IMG/VR virus record: IMGVR_UViG_3300028048_000039
Span: 256,001-320,000 of that record
Strand: one strand, 5' to 3'
Source: a virus
Lineage: Duplodnaviria > Caudoviricetes
Length of the DNA stretch: 64,000 nucleotides
The position numbers and the translations under genes were made by a program. Below, one piece after another: positions 17,708 through 27,905 of the stretch. Each line of letters starts with the position of its first letter. Position 1 is the stretch's first letter. The notes under the pieces were generated by a model. It was not told where the DNA came from. It saw nothing but the letters and a program-made list of their open reading frames with translations, and made no database searches.

Positions 17708-20041
17708 ATGACACTATTTGAAGATATATGCCTTGACCTGCTTCTTGAAGGAAAGACACCAGAAGAAATACTTGCAATGCTAAAGTATAAATTCAAGGAT
17801 ATTCCTGAAGATATAATTGATAAAATCTTTACCATTGATGAGACAAAGAAGAAGTCTTATACCCAGTGGGTGCTTTCACATTGGAAAAACGAGAGTGAAT
17901 TGATTAAACAACTCCTTGATAATGGTAAGATGAAGGCTATGTTTGATTACATCAAGGAAAAACATGATGTTCAGATACAGCAATATAAGACTGTGCAGGA
18001 AATGTTTGATGACCTTAAGCTTAAACTTCCAGCAGATGCTGAGGGCATAGATTTACTTAAAAAAGATGGTGATGGCCCAGAAAACGATTTCGACATATTA
18101 TATAACGATGAAAATTGGGCAATCGTTACTCCAAATACATATCCAGCTTCACATAAGTTAGGTGTTGGTACTGCTTGGTGTACTGCCGGATGGAAATGGG
18201 ATAGAGGTGAATATTATTATAACAATTATCTTCAGAGGGGAGGAAAATATTACATCAACTTTGACAAGAGAGAAAGTGAAACGGATAGAGACGGAAATGA
18301 GAGACCTTATAAGAGATATCAATTCCACTTTGAATCAAACCAGTTTATGGACATTGAGGATGACCCAGTAGACATTAATGACCTCGATATGCCAGAAGGT
18401 GTGGTTCAATTCTATGAAGATGCCGGTTATGATGTAAATGATATTGAAAATGATGAAGAACGTTATGAACGTTATTCCAATGCAAGATATGATGACGGAA
18501 CACGTCTCTTTGGTGATTACTGGCTCTTATGTGACTTTGACGATGATTATGATGTTGATACTATAGGTGATGGCGGATACAGAATTTATGACGTCTCTAA
18601 TGACGATAGAGATAGTGAGTTTCCTAGACTCTATTTTAACGATAACCCTCTTTACATTGGTGATAGGATAATAATCTTAAATCAAAATTATCGTAGCCAT
18701 AATGATACTAATGTAAGTAGATTTATATCTGAAAGGGGTGAGACGGCTAGTCCGTGTATCTTTAATTACGAAGAAGGTAGTGGAAGGTATGGTAGCGGAA
18801 GTATAGGTCTCATTGGTGGCGAAGATGAAGACATTGAATATTATGATGTTATGGATGAATGGAACATTGTATGGGCTGGTGATTATAATATTCATTTTGG
18901 CGACCTGGATTACATTGAATATCCTAATGGTTGTGATAGATTAGTTAATTGTATTTCTATCGATTACCTTGATGACAAATATTATTATGAATGCATCTGG
19001 GATAATGGTGAACATTCATTAATTGTTTTTGATTCATATAATGAGAGTGCTAAGTATGTGATAACACTTGACCAACCTAAGGACGGTGAAAGATTTACCA
19101 TTGAAGAAGATGAAGATGGAGATTACTTTGTCGAAGGAAGACGCAGCACTTATTATTTAGATGAAGACAATTATGAACAAAAGGGAAAACAAAATATTCA
19201 AATCATCAGGAAGGTCCAATTTAATGCTGGTGATTATTATATTGTAAGGCTTAGTGATAGTAGTGTGAATGTCTATGATGCTGAAGAGAGAAGATTAATC
19301 TTTAAAGAGAATTTTTATAACATTTATGATTTAAAGGATTTTACTGAAGATACTGGTGTTGTTTATTGTGCTAATTGGGAAGAAAATACTAAGCTTTATC
19401 TTTATTCAATTACAACCGGTAAAGAAATTTGGGATAAGCCGATTTGGAAGGCTGAGCCAATAAATGGCGGTTTATTGATACAAACATCTGTAGATAATAA
19501 TCTGGTGTTAATGGATAAAACTCTTTATAGATACGAAGCTAAGTATATAAACCCAACAGAAAGTTGGGACCATGCAACTTTCATTTGTAGAAATAAGAAA
19601 GGTGGTTGGACTCTTTATAGTAAAAGGTATGGTCCAGTCGTTGACGGTATAATTGGGGCTAGTACTTATCTTGACAAATCCGCTAGTTGTGCCGTATATA
19701 AATTAGCAAATGGGAAGTTTAATATCTATAAAGATGCAATAAATGGTAAAATATTTGATGTTGATGTAGATAAAATGGCAACCTTCCAAAAGAGATATAG
19801 TGTTTATATATTTTCCTTAATTGGGGAAGAGTATTACTTATATTGGTGGCAAGGTTGTGAAACATATAAATTAGGAAAATATGATGAAGCAATTGAAGCA
19901 TTAAAGAAAATAACATTGGAAAGTGAAAGAGAAGAGTTTATAAATAAATTTAATGAATTTGCAGGGAAACCAAAACAGGCAACTGCAGTAACCGAAAACT
20001 TTAATAGATTTTTAAAGAGAATAAATGACGTAGAATTTTAA
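17708..20041 (+). CDS. large acidic protein with AWCT domain and beta-repeat C-terminus
   Basis: Leader MTLFEDICLDLLLE; ASHKLGVGTAWCTA..YNNY..GKYYI..RYQFHFESNQFMD. Confidence 0.75.
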   Translation: MTLFEDICLDLLLEGKTPEEILAMLKYKFKDIPEDIIDKIFTIDETKKKSYTQWVLSHWKNESELIKQLLDNGKMKAMFDYIKEKHDVQIQQYKTVQEMFDDLKLKLPADAEGIDLLKKDGDGPENDFDILYNDENWAIVTPNTYPASHKLGVGTAWCTAGWKWDRGEYYYNNYLQRGGKYYINFDKRESETDRDGNERPYKRYQFHFESNQFMDIEDDPVDINDLDMPEGVVQFYEDAGYDVNDIENDEERYERYSNARYDDGTRLFGDYWLLCDFDDDYDVDTIGDGGYRIYDVSNDDRDSEFPRLYFNDNPLYIGDRIIILNQNYRSHNDTNVSRFISERGETASPCIFNYEEGSGRYGSGSIGLIGGEDEDIEYYDVMDEWNIVWAGDYNIHFGDLDYIEYPNGCDRLVNCISIDYLDDKYYYECIWDNGEHSLIVFDSYNESAKYVITLDQPKDGERFTIEEDEDGDYFVEGRRSTYYLDEDNYEQKGKQNIQIIRKVQFNAGDYYIVRLSDSSVNVYDAEERRLIFKENFYNIYDLKDFTEDTGVVYCANWEENTKLYLYSITTGKEIWDKPIWKAEPINGGLLIQTSVDNNLVLMDKTLYRYEAKYINPTESWDHATFICRNKKGGWTLYSKRYGPVVDGIIGASTYLDKSASCAVYKLANGKFNIYKDAINGKIFDVDVDKMATFQKRYSVYIFSLIGEEYYLYWWQGCETYKLGKYDEAIEALKKITLESEREEFINKFNEFAGKPKQATAVTENFNRFLKRINDVEF

Positions 20042-20064
20042 TAATACTACAAATACATATAAGC

Positions 20065-20316
20065 ATGGAAGAAGATGTGTTTAAGTCTGCTATTGCAGCA
20101 ATATCTTCCAATGAGTTTTCTGAAGAAGATGTTAAGACTGTAAAGAAATGGCTCGAAACGCTGAAAACAAAAGAAAACGCAGTAAAGCGAAAGATTGAGC
20201 AAGAGAAAAACACGTTTGTAAAGAATAAGAGTAAAAACAACTCAAAACTAAAAGAAATTAGAAGTGAAATTAAGACAATAAAGAACATACTTAAAAATAG
20301 TAATGGGGACCGTTAA
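20065..20316 (+). CDS. small coiled-coil hypothetical protein
   Basis: 83-aa ORF. Confidence 0.55.
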   Translation: MEEDVFKSAIAAISSNEFSEEDVKTVKKWLETLKTKENAVKRKIEQEKNTFVKNKSKNNSKLKEIRSEIKTIKNILKNSNGDR

Positions 20317-20329
20317 AGTCCCCATTTTT
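20302..20329. terminator. terminator between convergent genes
   Basis: aatggggac-cgttaaa-gtccccatt followed by a T-run. Confidence 0.7.
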
Positions 20330-20333
20330 ATTA

Positions 20334-21209
20334 TTAATTAATTCTTATGCCGTCTGATAATAATCGTTGAGAGTCTAGAAGTTCTGCCTTCTCCGCTAAT
20401 AATTCAGGCACCCTAGTTCCGGCAATCACTGGTTTCCTCATAACATATGAATGTGTATGTGTAATAAACGCATCAATAAATACGCTTAAGAGTTTTACAA
20501 GCTTCTCTCCGTAAGGTATTCTATAATAATCTTTCAATACTTCATTAAGTTTCTCATCAGTTATAAGCTCATCTGGGTCTATATTTCCAAGTGGTTTATC
20601 ATTTGAATGTGTGCTTAACAAGTTTATCTTATCCGCAACAATTGTGGCAGTACTATTGACACGATTATCTAATGGGGTATAGTGATATTTCATCTTAATA
20701 AATGCTGGGTTCTTTTGATTAAAAGTAAGTAAGTATTGATTATCAGCAGTAATCTTTCTTATTCCAGCCTTAATTCTAACATCATCATCAGTAAATTGCA
20801 TCTCAGCACTCTTACGACCCCTAACAACAACATCCTCATCTCTTGGCAAGATTTTTTTGACATTATCGTGGTCAATTAAATAAGGATTAACGTCAGAACC
20901 TTCTTTATAGGCTTTCATCGCTGGATTATTGTCAGCGCTTTCGTTTATTAACTTATGTTCCTGCGAAATGATTGGGCCGATATAATATGCTGGTGATTGT
21001 TCATCAGAACCATCGGTATGAAAGATAAATACACCCTCATTAACCTTTGGTTTTACATGAAAGACCTTAGGAAGAAGTGGAAAGGCATAAAAATTTTTAT
21101 CACCATCTTCTTTAGCCCCGAATGGCGCAACGAGTATTTGCCCACGACCTTGGTCGTCTTTAACGTCCAATACCTTACAATAACTTACACCTGGATTTTT
21201 TTGTGCCAT
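20334..21209 (-). CDS. baseplate central spike (gp5/gpV-like OB-fold)
   Basis: KVLDVKDDQGRGQI...PLLPKVFHVKPKVNEGV OB-fold; C-terminal HTH (HxH) spike-tip motif. Confidence 0.7.
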   Translation of the reverse strand: MAQKNPGVSYCKVLDVKDDQGRGQILVAPFGAKEDGDKNFYAFPLLPKVFHVKPKVNEGVFIFHTDGSDEQSPAYYIGPIISQEHKLINESADNNPAMKAYKEGSDVNPYLIDHDNVKKILPRDEDVVVRGRKSAEMQFTDDDVRIKAGIRKITADNQYLLTFNQKNPAFIKMKYHYTPLDNRVNSTATIVADKINLLSTHSNDKPLGNIDPDELITDEKLNEVLKDYYRIPYGEKLVKLLSVFIDAFITHTHSYVMRKPVIAGTRVPELLAEKAELLDSQRLLSDGIRIN

Positions 21210-21210
21210 G

Positions 21211-21396
21211 TTAATTCAAAATATTTTTTCTTATTTTTAATTCTTGTTCTGCCTTTGTATATTCGTTCTCTAATTCCTCCATTTCTTTGCAGATTGAAAC
21301 AACCTTACTCTTCTTTGCTTCATATTCATTCTTCAACGTTTCGAGGGCAAGGCGTATTTCAGAATTACTCATATTACTATAATCTTTCTTTTCCAT
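21211..21396 (-). CDS. small coiled-coil protein
   Basis: 61-aa ORF tightly coupled within the operon. Confidence 0.65.
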   Translation of the reverse strand: MEKKDYSNMSNSEIRLALETLKNEYEAKKSKVVSICKEMEELENEYTKAEQELKIRKNILN

Positions 21397-21408
21397 ATTT
21401 CAAATTTT

Positions 21409-21801
21409 TTACTGAATTATACCACTTGCTATTGAGTCTAAAAGGTTAGTACCAGTACAGGTGACTGGCCCTCCAGCATTACCACCTGTTGCCTGGATTA
21501 ATAGGCTCTGCATTGGAATTGCCGTCGTAACCTTTGCGTCATATCTTATAGCCTCAAAAATATTTTTAACTATAGCATATATTTGGATATTGTTAAGGTT
21601 CGGAGAACCATCTGGATTTGGGCCAGTTGGAATTCCCGCTGCCTGAACATCTTCAATTATTTTAGCCGTTGTATTATATGCTGAAAGACCAGTCCTCTTT
21701 AATGAGAGGCATTTCAAAATTGGTGCTGGGAGAACATTTAATGGTGTTTTCCCAGAATCCATTGTATCACTAATCTTTTTAACTACTGTACTAATATTCA
21801 T
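21409..21801 (-). CDS. hypothetical (possible baseplate/spike accessory) protein
   Basis: ATGGNAGGPVTCTG beta-rich C-terminus; lies in the spike operon. Confidence 0.55.
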   Translation of the reverse strand: MNISTVVKKISDTMDSGKTPLNVLPAPILKCLSLKRTGLSAYNTTAKIIEDVQAAGIPTGPNPDGSPNLNNIQIYAIVKNIFEAIRYDAKVTTAIPMQSLLIQATGGNAGGPVTCTGTNLLDSIASGIIQ

Positions 21802-21808
21802 AATAAAA

Positions 21809-24520
21809 CTAACATTCTGATGAGGTTTCAGGAATGTCTTGTGTTTCCTCTGTGATTATATCAGCATAATCAACATCATCAATTCCATTCTGAATACCAT
21901 TATTTCTTCCATTAAAGAGGCTTGCAACTCCGCTAATACATGATGCTGCCTGTTCCAATAATTTCCTCCATGCCTTAAGCTGTTCCATCATCTTCAACCC
22001 TTCCCACATGAGAAGTATTATTGCGATAGTTTCCTTAAAAAGTTTTAACAGTTCAGTAATAATTATATTTTTTACAAATATAATGATAGACTTAAGCAAA
22101 CCAAGAAGTTTATTCAACATTACATTGATAAGTTTTCCGGCATCGATTCCAAAGAAATCACTACTCTTAACCATACCAGTAAGATTAAAGTTAATATAAA
22201 GTAGCAACATTACTTGTGGCGTGAATAATGCCTCAGCAATCGGTTCTGTTATTCCCCAAAGGAGTTCTTTAAGAATGTTTCCATCAAAATTAGCCTTCAC
22301 GCCATAATCAATTGTAGATTCGATTCCTGGGTCGACTGTAACGTCAGTTACCAATTTTTGAATTGCCTCAACACTACCCTCTGGTGTTGCGGTCGCATTA
22401 ACCTTATCTATTGAACTTAAATAACTATTAATATCATGAGTTCTCACAATGGAATTTTCGCCACCATAATATGTAGCATTATACTTACTAAGGAGTGTTT
22501 CTTCCATCATTTGATTAAATTCATCATTTGTGAATGTGAAGTAACAATCCTCGACTTCCATATCATTAGCCTCTACAATATTTTTAATCGCTTTTGAAAG
22601 TTTGCCCTGGATTATGCTCTTTGTCAATGTTACATTTAACATGTCATTTGTTGAAAGTGAGAAACCTAATAGGTATTCGCACATCTTGACAAGCAACAAT
22701 TTAGGATGAAGTATTCTAATACTTTGAAGATAATCCCAATCAAACTTATAAACACTTGCGTTGAGGTAAGGCATTCTCCTTGTAATTGTCTTGCCATCTA
22801 TAACCCTCTTTCTTATTCCGGGAGCAAAGTATCTTTGTGCTGGCATGTGAAGCTTGAGTACCCCCTTTCCTTCAGCTTCCATCTGTAAGATTGGATAAAG
22901 ATTATCTGGCTGCTGACCATAAAGTGAAAATTCACCATCAGGAAACTTTAAACCAGGTGTTGAGTCTAGTGCCTTTGATTCATACCACTTGTTCCAATCA
23001 CGTGGCGTTTGTCTATCGGTTTTTGTGTCCTTAGCAAGTAACCTACTATCCCACATCATGTGATTATATTCAATATAAGGAGTCTTGGAACCCATATTAA
23101 GAACATACCAAATAAATGCGTTCATATCCCTCGTCTGATATAGCGTTTGTGGCATTAGGCCATCATAGCAAACAATATATTCTGGGTCTTCTTCAGTAGT
23201 ACTCTTATAAGATGGAATAGCACTTACACGAGTAAATGTTTCACCAGAAGGGATTGCATTTCTATCACACTCGACATATTCAAGAACTTTTTTCTTTTCA
23301 TTTTTAGTATATACTTCTCCTTCTTGCTTCTCCTCCTTAGTAATTTTTGGTATTGTCTCGGCATTAACCTCAGAACCTGGGCCTAAGAATAAGTCACTGT
23401 TTTCCCACCCATTTTTAAACCAATCTTCACCGACAACTTCTTCAACTCCCTCACTATCAAAGAAAACTCTTGTCCTTTCCGTTGTGGAAGAACCTGTACC
23501 AATCTCAGTAAATTTACTGTCATCATTTACATACAATTTTTTAATCCATGTATAAATACGAAAATTAACAGTAGATGACACATCATTTTGGGTGAATGGA
23601 TGCATTTCAAATTCTTCTGAATCCAGTTCGCCAGCCTTAATTGTTACTTCTTTTTCCACTAAGGGCGCCTTATAAATTGGTGGTTCATAATAAATGTGAA
23701 TACGAAGGTCGGCGTCAACAACATCTGAAAGTGTAAAATACCATCTATGTGAATTCTGCGCACTGGCTTTAGCTATTTTGATACTCACATTTTGAGCATA
23801 CTTTGGTACTTCTGAAATTACTTCCTTTACACCACTAGTCTTAGCTGATGTTTCGATTGGTATATCCTTTTCAACTTCTTCCTTGTGATAATATTTGTTC
23901 CTACCCTCAACCGCATAATACAATAAACCTTCTTCTGACACTGGGTTTATATTAAGCATGCCAGTTTTATCTATTAATCTAACAGGTATCCTCAAGGGAA
24001 ATTCTGGTCTTCCATCAAAAACCCTATTATCAATCAAATCCTTTAGTTTAACCTTCTGTGGTATATTATACTCTTGGTTCATTAACACACCAGTTACGCC
24101 AGAAAGATTACTTGAGTCAAATACTTGATTTGGAAGAATTGGGAGAGCAGAGCACGAATAGAGGCTAGTTAAAAGTCCCATAAGCACTTCTTTAATGCCA
24201 TACTCCAATGTGTTAAGGAATGTACTCTGTTCAAATTCCTCAAAGCTTTTATCGCTTAAAAACCCAGATGTTTCATCCCAAAGTTCATCTTTTGACTTTT
24301 CCTTAACACCAAATACTTTAACAATGAGCCATTTTATAAGTTCATCAGTAGTAAGACCACATGACTTCAAGACATCCATTAAGAAGTCAAATACTGAAGA
24401 GTATGGCCCCTCAGTATTTAAGTCTAAACCATCAAATAATGACATAGGGAACTTTTCGACAAGTGTTTTCATTGTCGAAATATCTGCTAAAACTTCTTTA
24501 CATGTCTTGGTTGTTGCCAT
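21809..24520 (-). CDS. large hypothetical probable virion protein
   Basis: 903 aa in a late operon; hydrophobic helical C-terminus and a central insertion. Confidence 0.6.
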   Translation of the reverse strand: MATTKTCKEVLADISTMKTLVEKFPMSLFDGLDLNTEGPYSSVFDFLMDVLKSCGLTTDELIKWLIVKVFGVKEKSKDELWDETSGFLSDKSFEEFEQSTFLNTLEYGIKEVLMGLLTSLYSCSALPILPNQVFDSSNLSGVTGVLMNQEYNIPQKVKLKDLIDNRVFDGRPEFPLRIPVRLIDKTGMLNINPVSEEGLLYYAVEGRNKYYHKEEVEKDIPIETSAKTSGVKEVISEVPKYAQNVSIKIAKASAQNSHRWYFTLSDVVDADLRIHIYYEPPIYKAPLVEKEVTIKAGELDSEEFEMHPFTQNDVSSTVNFRIYTWIKKLYVNDDSKFTEIGTGSSTTERTRVFFDSEGVEEVVGEDWFKNGWENSDLFLGPGSEVNAETIPKITKEEKQEGEVYTKNEKKKVLEYVECDRNAIPSGETFTRVSAIPSYKSTTEEDPEYIVCYDGLMPQTLYQTRDMNAFIWYVLNMGSKTPYIEYNHMMWDSRLLAKDTKTDRQTPRDWNKWYESKALDSTPGLKFPDGEFSLYGQQPDNLYPILQMEAEGKGVLKLHMPAQRYFAPGIRKRVIDGKTITRRMPYLNASVYKFDWDYLQSIRILHPKLLLVKMCEYLLGFSLSTNDMLNVTLTKSIIQGKLSKAIKNIVEANDMEVEDCYFTFTNDEFNQMMEETLLSKYNATYYGGENSIVRTHDINSYLSSIDKVNATATPEGSVEAIQKLVTDVTVDPGIESTIDYGVKANFDGNILKELLWGITEPIAEALFTPQVMLLLYINFNLTGMVKSSDFFGIDAGKLINVMLNKLLGLLKSIIIFVKNIIITELLKLFKETIAIILLMWEGLKMMEQLKAWRKLLEQAASCISGVASLFNGRNNGIQNGIDDVDYADIITEETQDIPETSSEC

Positions 24521-24525
24521 TTCTC

Positions 24526-24930
24526 TTAGTTCTTCTTAATATTATATACGTCAGCGTCACCGCCTTCATCGTTAATAGCGGCCTTAAGGTCGTCAAGCCT
24601 TAATGCTGTTCTCTTGACAAAGTTTTTGTCACTAACAACATCAGAGGCGTTACCATTATGCTTTATTACTTCACCGAGAAATTTAGCAATTTCAAACTTT
24701 GAAGCAATGGCCTTTCTCTTATCATCTAAAAAATTGTGAATGGCGGTTGCATACTTAGTTTTTTCTTCCATGGTAACACCATCGGCAGCTAAGTTTGTTG
24801 AGTTTGTAATCTTGTTTTTCTCATTATCAATCTCATTTATCTGCCTACAAGCCTGGTCATAAATCTCCTGGAGAAGTTCTTCGAGCTTTTCTGTTGAATT
24901 TAATCTTACCTTGTACCTTTTAGTTTCCAT
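24526..24930 (-). CDS. hypothetical helical protein
   Basis: First gene after the late motif at 24947. Confidence 0.65.
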   Translation of the reverse strand: METKRYKVRLNSTEKLEELLQEIYDQACRQINEIDNEKNKITNSTNLAADGVTMEEKTKYATAIHNFLDDKRKAIASKFEIAKFLGEVIKHNGNASDVVSDKNFVKRTALRLDDLKAAINDEGGDADVYNIKKN

Positions 24931-24946
24931 AGTAAATTATTTTCTC

Positions 24947-24954
24947 ATAAATAG
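24947..24954 (-). promoter_or_regulatory. late promoter motif CTATTTAT
   Basis: ATAAATAG on the + strand. Confidence 0.7.
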
Positions 24955-24967
24955 CAGTAAGCCATTT

Positions 24968-25867
24968 TTATTCTTCTAATTCTTTCTTCTTCAACTGGAA
25001 ATAAAGTTCATAATATTTTTTCATATTGTCCCTAATTTCCTTTGTTGTCATCATTGTTTCTTCCCTAAGGAAGTAAAGAATTGTACTCTTTTGAAGTTTA
25101 TTGCTTCCTTCAGGGAGTACCTTGTCCCAATTACGGAATAAGTTTACCAATGCCATACCAACGGTCACCTCTTCCTCGTCCAAGTGATATTCCTCAGCAT
25201 TTTCTATCATCTTTTCAATACCATCTGATACTTTAACGAGCACTTTCTCAGAAATGCCAAAGTGTTCATCTTCTTCTGTTGAGTATTTTGAATTATTATT
25301 CAGTTCCTCAAACATTGTATCATAGGACATATTTCTCTTTCTCTTTTTACTGTATTGGCTACATTTATACATAAGGTAGTTCCTGCATACGGTTCCACAA
25401 TATGAGTAAGCTTTATATCTTTTTTTAACTTTTTTGTAGTTTTTCTCAGTTGTTTCTCCAGTTTCCATGTCAGTGAAGATTACCTTTATATATTCAGGGT
25501 CCGCATCTGTTGCACCGTTTTTCTCTAGGTCGTGAAGCTCAGCGTCAGTTAAAATTGTAAAAGTTTTACCAGCAGCTTCTTCTACTGGAATTTCCTCATA
25601 CTCGTTTATTACTGGTTTATAATGGCTAATCTTCGTTAAAAGATAGGAGATTGTATCATTAAAGTTCTGATAGAACTCTTCATCCGGGACAAATAATTTA
25701 TAGCGTCTTATAATTGATTCTATCATCTTAGTAAGTGCTGGCTGGAGAATGGTGTTGAATATAGCATTTCTATCATCTTCACTACCAGCATTTATGTAAT
25801 TTACGACTGCTTGTTCTTCTTTTTCACGGAAATAATTTTTTTCCTTTGGTTTTCTTCCTCTTTTCAT
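24968..25867 (-). CDS. phage late-transcription sigma factor (gp55-like)
   Basis: KNYF..E, TKMIESIIRRY, TKISHYKP...KAYSYCGTVCRNYL resemble the gp55 region-2 core. Confidence 0.7.
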   Translation of the reverse strand: MKRGRKPKEKNYFREKEEQAVVNYINAGSEDDRNAIFNTILQPALTKMIESIIRRYKLFVPDEEFYQNFNDTISYLLTKISHYKPVINEYEEIPVEEAAGKTFTILTDAELHDLEKNGATDADPEYIKVIFTDMETGETTEKNYKKVKKRYKAYSYCGTVCRNYLMYKCSQYSKKRKRNMSYDTMFEELNNNSKYSTEEDEHFGISEKVLVKVSDGIEKMIENAEEYHLDEEEVTVGMALVNLFRNWDKVLPEGSNKLQKSTILYFLREETMMTTKEIRDNMKKYYELYFQLKKKELEE

Positions 25868-26005
25868 TTTTTTGCTGTAGTTAATCCCTACTTAGCAAAC
25901 ATCACTTCTACATTATAAAAATGTACTTTCCAAATATCACACTAAAAAGCAAGTGTCTTTCCTTTGATGTTCGGGGAGTGTTACCTCCCCGTTAAGCATC
26001 TTAGG
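25868..26005 (-). promoter_or_regulatory. structured intercistronic leader of sigma gene (4 hairpins)
   Basis: Stems gatg..cggggag/ctccccg..catc, acact/agtgt, tacatt/aatgta and tttgct..gtag/ctac.agcaaa; the last abuts the ATG. Confidence 0.45.
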
Positions 26006-26776
26006 TTATTCTTCATATTCATAGTGTGATAGGTCTCTCTGACGTAAGAAGAAGTAATCCTTTTTAGCCAGTTCAATCCACCACTCTGCCTCATTATCAC
26101 TTATTTCCTTATTATATCTCTCAGAAATTGAGTTAGGCCTACCCATTCTGTGTATGTAACCAATCTTTGGAATGACATACATCTTCTTTCCCTTGTAGAG
26201 GGCTCTAAGTATGAATTCATACCAGAACACTAACTTGATTGCTGGTTTAAGCTCTCCAAGTGTCTTAAAATCTTCGGTTCTAAAGATTGCACCTGAAACG
26301 TTGAAGTTAAAGTAGTCCATAAATGAGTTAAGGTCGAGATAACCAACTTCCTCAGAGAAAGACGTTGCCCAATATGCCTCATTTGCAAAACCAACCTCTC
26401 TTCCGGTAGCGTCATCAAGTACTGTAGTTAATGGGAGATATGCAAACATGTTCTCAATATCATTATTGATATATTTCTCAACGTTCTTAAACCAAATTGG
26501 ACTGTATCTATCATCAAATTCAAGTACTGAGAAATACTTTGTCTTAACATTTTCCACTGCATAATTGACTTGTGATGGATATGAAAAATCATTTGTTTTA
26601 TTTTCAAGCAATTCAAGACCGTCGGCATTCTCAACGGTTTTAAGTGCGTCTGCACTACCCACTACAAGTATCTTCTCGGCGTTTCCCTTAGCACTTTCAA
26701 CTGCTGAAGTAAATAGCTGTTTTGTTGTAGTGTCATTAAGTTCTATAATTGGTATAATAATAGTAAGGTCTTTCAT
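26006..26776 (-). CDS. glycosyltransferase family 2 (GT-A)
   Basis: LTIIIP N-terminus, NYAVENVKTKYFSVLEFDD. Confidence 0.8.
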   Translation of the reverse strand: MKDLTIIIPIIELNDTTTKQLFTSAVESAKGNAEKILVVGSADALKTVENADGLELLENKTNDFSYPSQVNYAVENVKTKYFSVLEFDDRYSPIWFKNVEKYINNDIENMFAYLPLTTVLDDATGREVGFANEAYWATSFSEEVGYLDLNSFMDYFNFNVSGAIFRTEDFKTLGELKPAIKLVFWYEFILRALYKGKKMYVIPKIGYIHRMGRPNSISERYNKEISDNEAEWWIELAKKDYFFLRQRDLSHYEYEE

Positions 26777-26779
26777 CTC

Positions 26780-27886
26780 TTATTCCTCCTTAGCTTTAAT
26801 AACATTATTTTCTACATCAATTCTCACTTCCTCAAACTCCTTAAGTCGTCTTTCGAAGAACCCCTTGACGTAAACTTCCTCAATTTCTTTTTCCTGAGCT
26901 TCCTCTGAATAAAGGCCAAATGTCTCCTTTGCGCCATCATGAACTTCTGCGGGAACCTTATCGGTAATCCAGGTCTGAACGACATTTGGAAGAATGTTTG
27001 AAAGTTCATCAACATTATTAAACCATAATACTGATTTACTAATCTCACCGTCCTTAACCATCCAATCTGATAATTCATTAGGTACTTTTGCCAATACAAT
27101 ACCACCGCATCTAAGTGCTTCAAGGAGTGAATAACCAAATGTTGTAGAGTCATCATCCCAAATGGTGATTGCGGCTTCTCTCAATGCTTCAGCAAATGTT
27201 TCCTGTGAAAGGCCTCTCAATTCACGGAAAGATACCCACTTATACTCAGGATTTTTCCAGTAGAAAGGTTTAACTATTCTATTCATTTCACTCTGGTCCT
27301 TGCAGATGACGTTGATAATCATCTTTCTTGGGGTTGTTTCATTGTCCCTAAACACTTTCTTAATAGAAGGTGAAACAATGTGGGTTCTAAGTGTAGGAAA
27401 ATACTCCTTAATTCTATTCTCCTGCCCCTTAGTGGTTACAACAGCATCTATAATATTAACAGTATCAAATGTGTGCGAAATTGGAAGAAACTCGGTTACG
27501 TGATAAGCATTTTGAACAATTGCGACTCTCTTGCAAGAGAGGGTCTTTGTCTGTATCATTACATTTGCAAATATTTCAGGAATGAAGATAAAGTCACAAG
27601 GACCAATCTCAACATTGTCAGTTTCGATATTAGAATGTTTCAATTCAGCATATTCCTTGCCGAGCCAATCACCAACACCGACAAAGTCCTTTTCCTGATG
27701 GAGCATGGTTACGTCATAACCCTTCTTTGATAGAACTAATGCGGTTTGGTAAATATATTCCAATGCACTGGAAGGATTTCCCTTTGTATCAAGAATAAAG
27801 AAAAATATCTTGAATGTCTTGTTTTTTAATTTTGAGATGTTTTCATCTGTTATTTTCAGCATCTCACTCTTAGTTAATTCTGCCAT
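26780..27886 (-). CDS. GT-B fold glycosyltransferase-like protein
   Basis: DFIFIPEIF; FGYSLLEALRCGGIV GT-B C-terminal motif. Confidence 0.7.
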   Translation of the reverse strand: MAELTKSEMLKITDENISKLKNKTFKIFFFILDTKGNPSSALEYIYQTALVLSKKGYDVTMLHQEKDFVGVGDWLGKEYAELKHSNIETDNVEIGPCDFIFIPEIFANVMIQTKTLSCKRVAIVQNAYHVTEFLPISHTFDTVNIIDAVVTTKGQENRIKEYFPTLRTHIVSPSIKKVFRDNETTPRKMIINVICKDQSEMNRIVKPFYWKNPEYKWVSFRELRGLSQETFAEALREAAITIWDDDSTTFGYSLLEALRCGGIVLAKVPNELSDWMVKDGEISKSVLWFNNVDELSNILPNVVQTWITDKVPAEVHDGAKETFGLYSEEAQEKEIEEVYVKGFFERRLKEFEEVRIDVENNVIKAKEE

Positions 27887-27905
27887 ATCTTATAGTTTAA
27901 TCATA

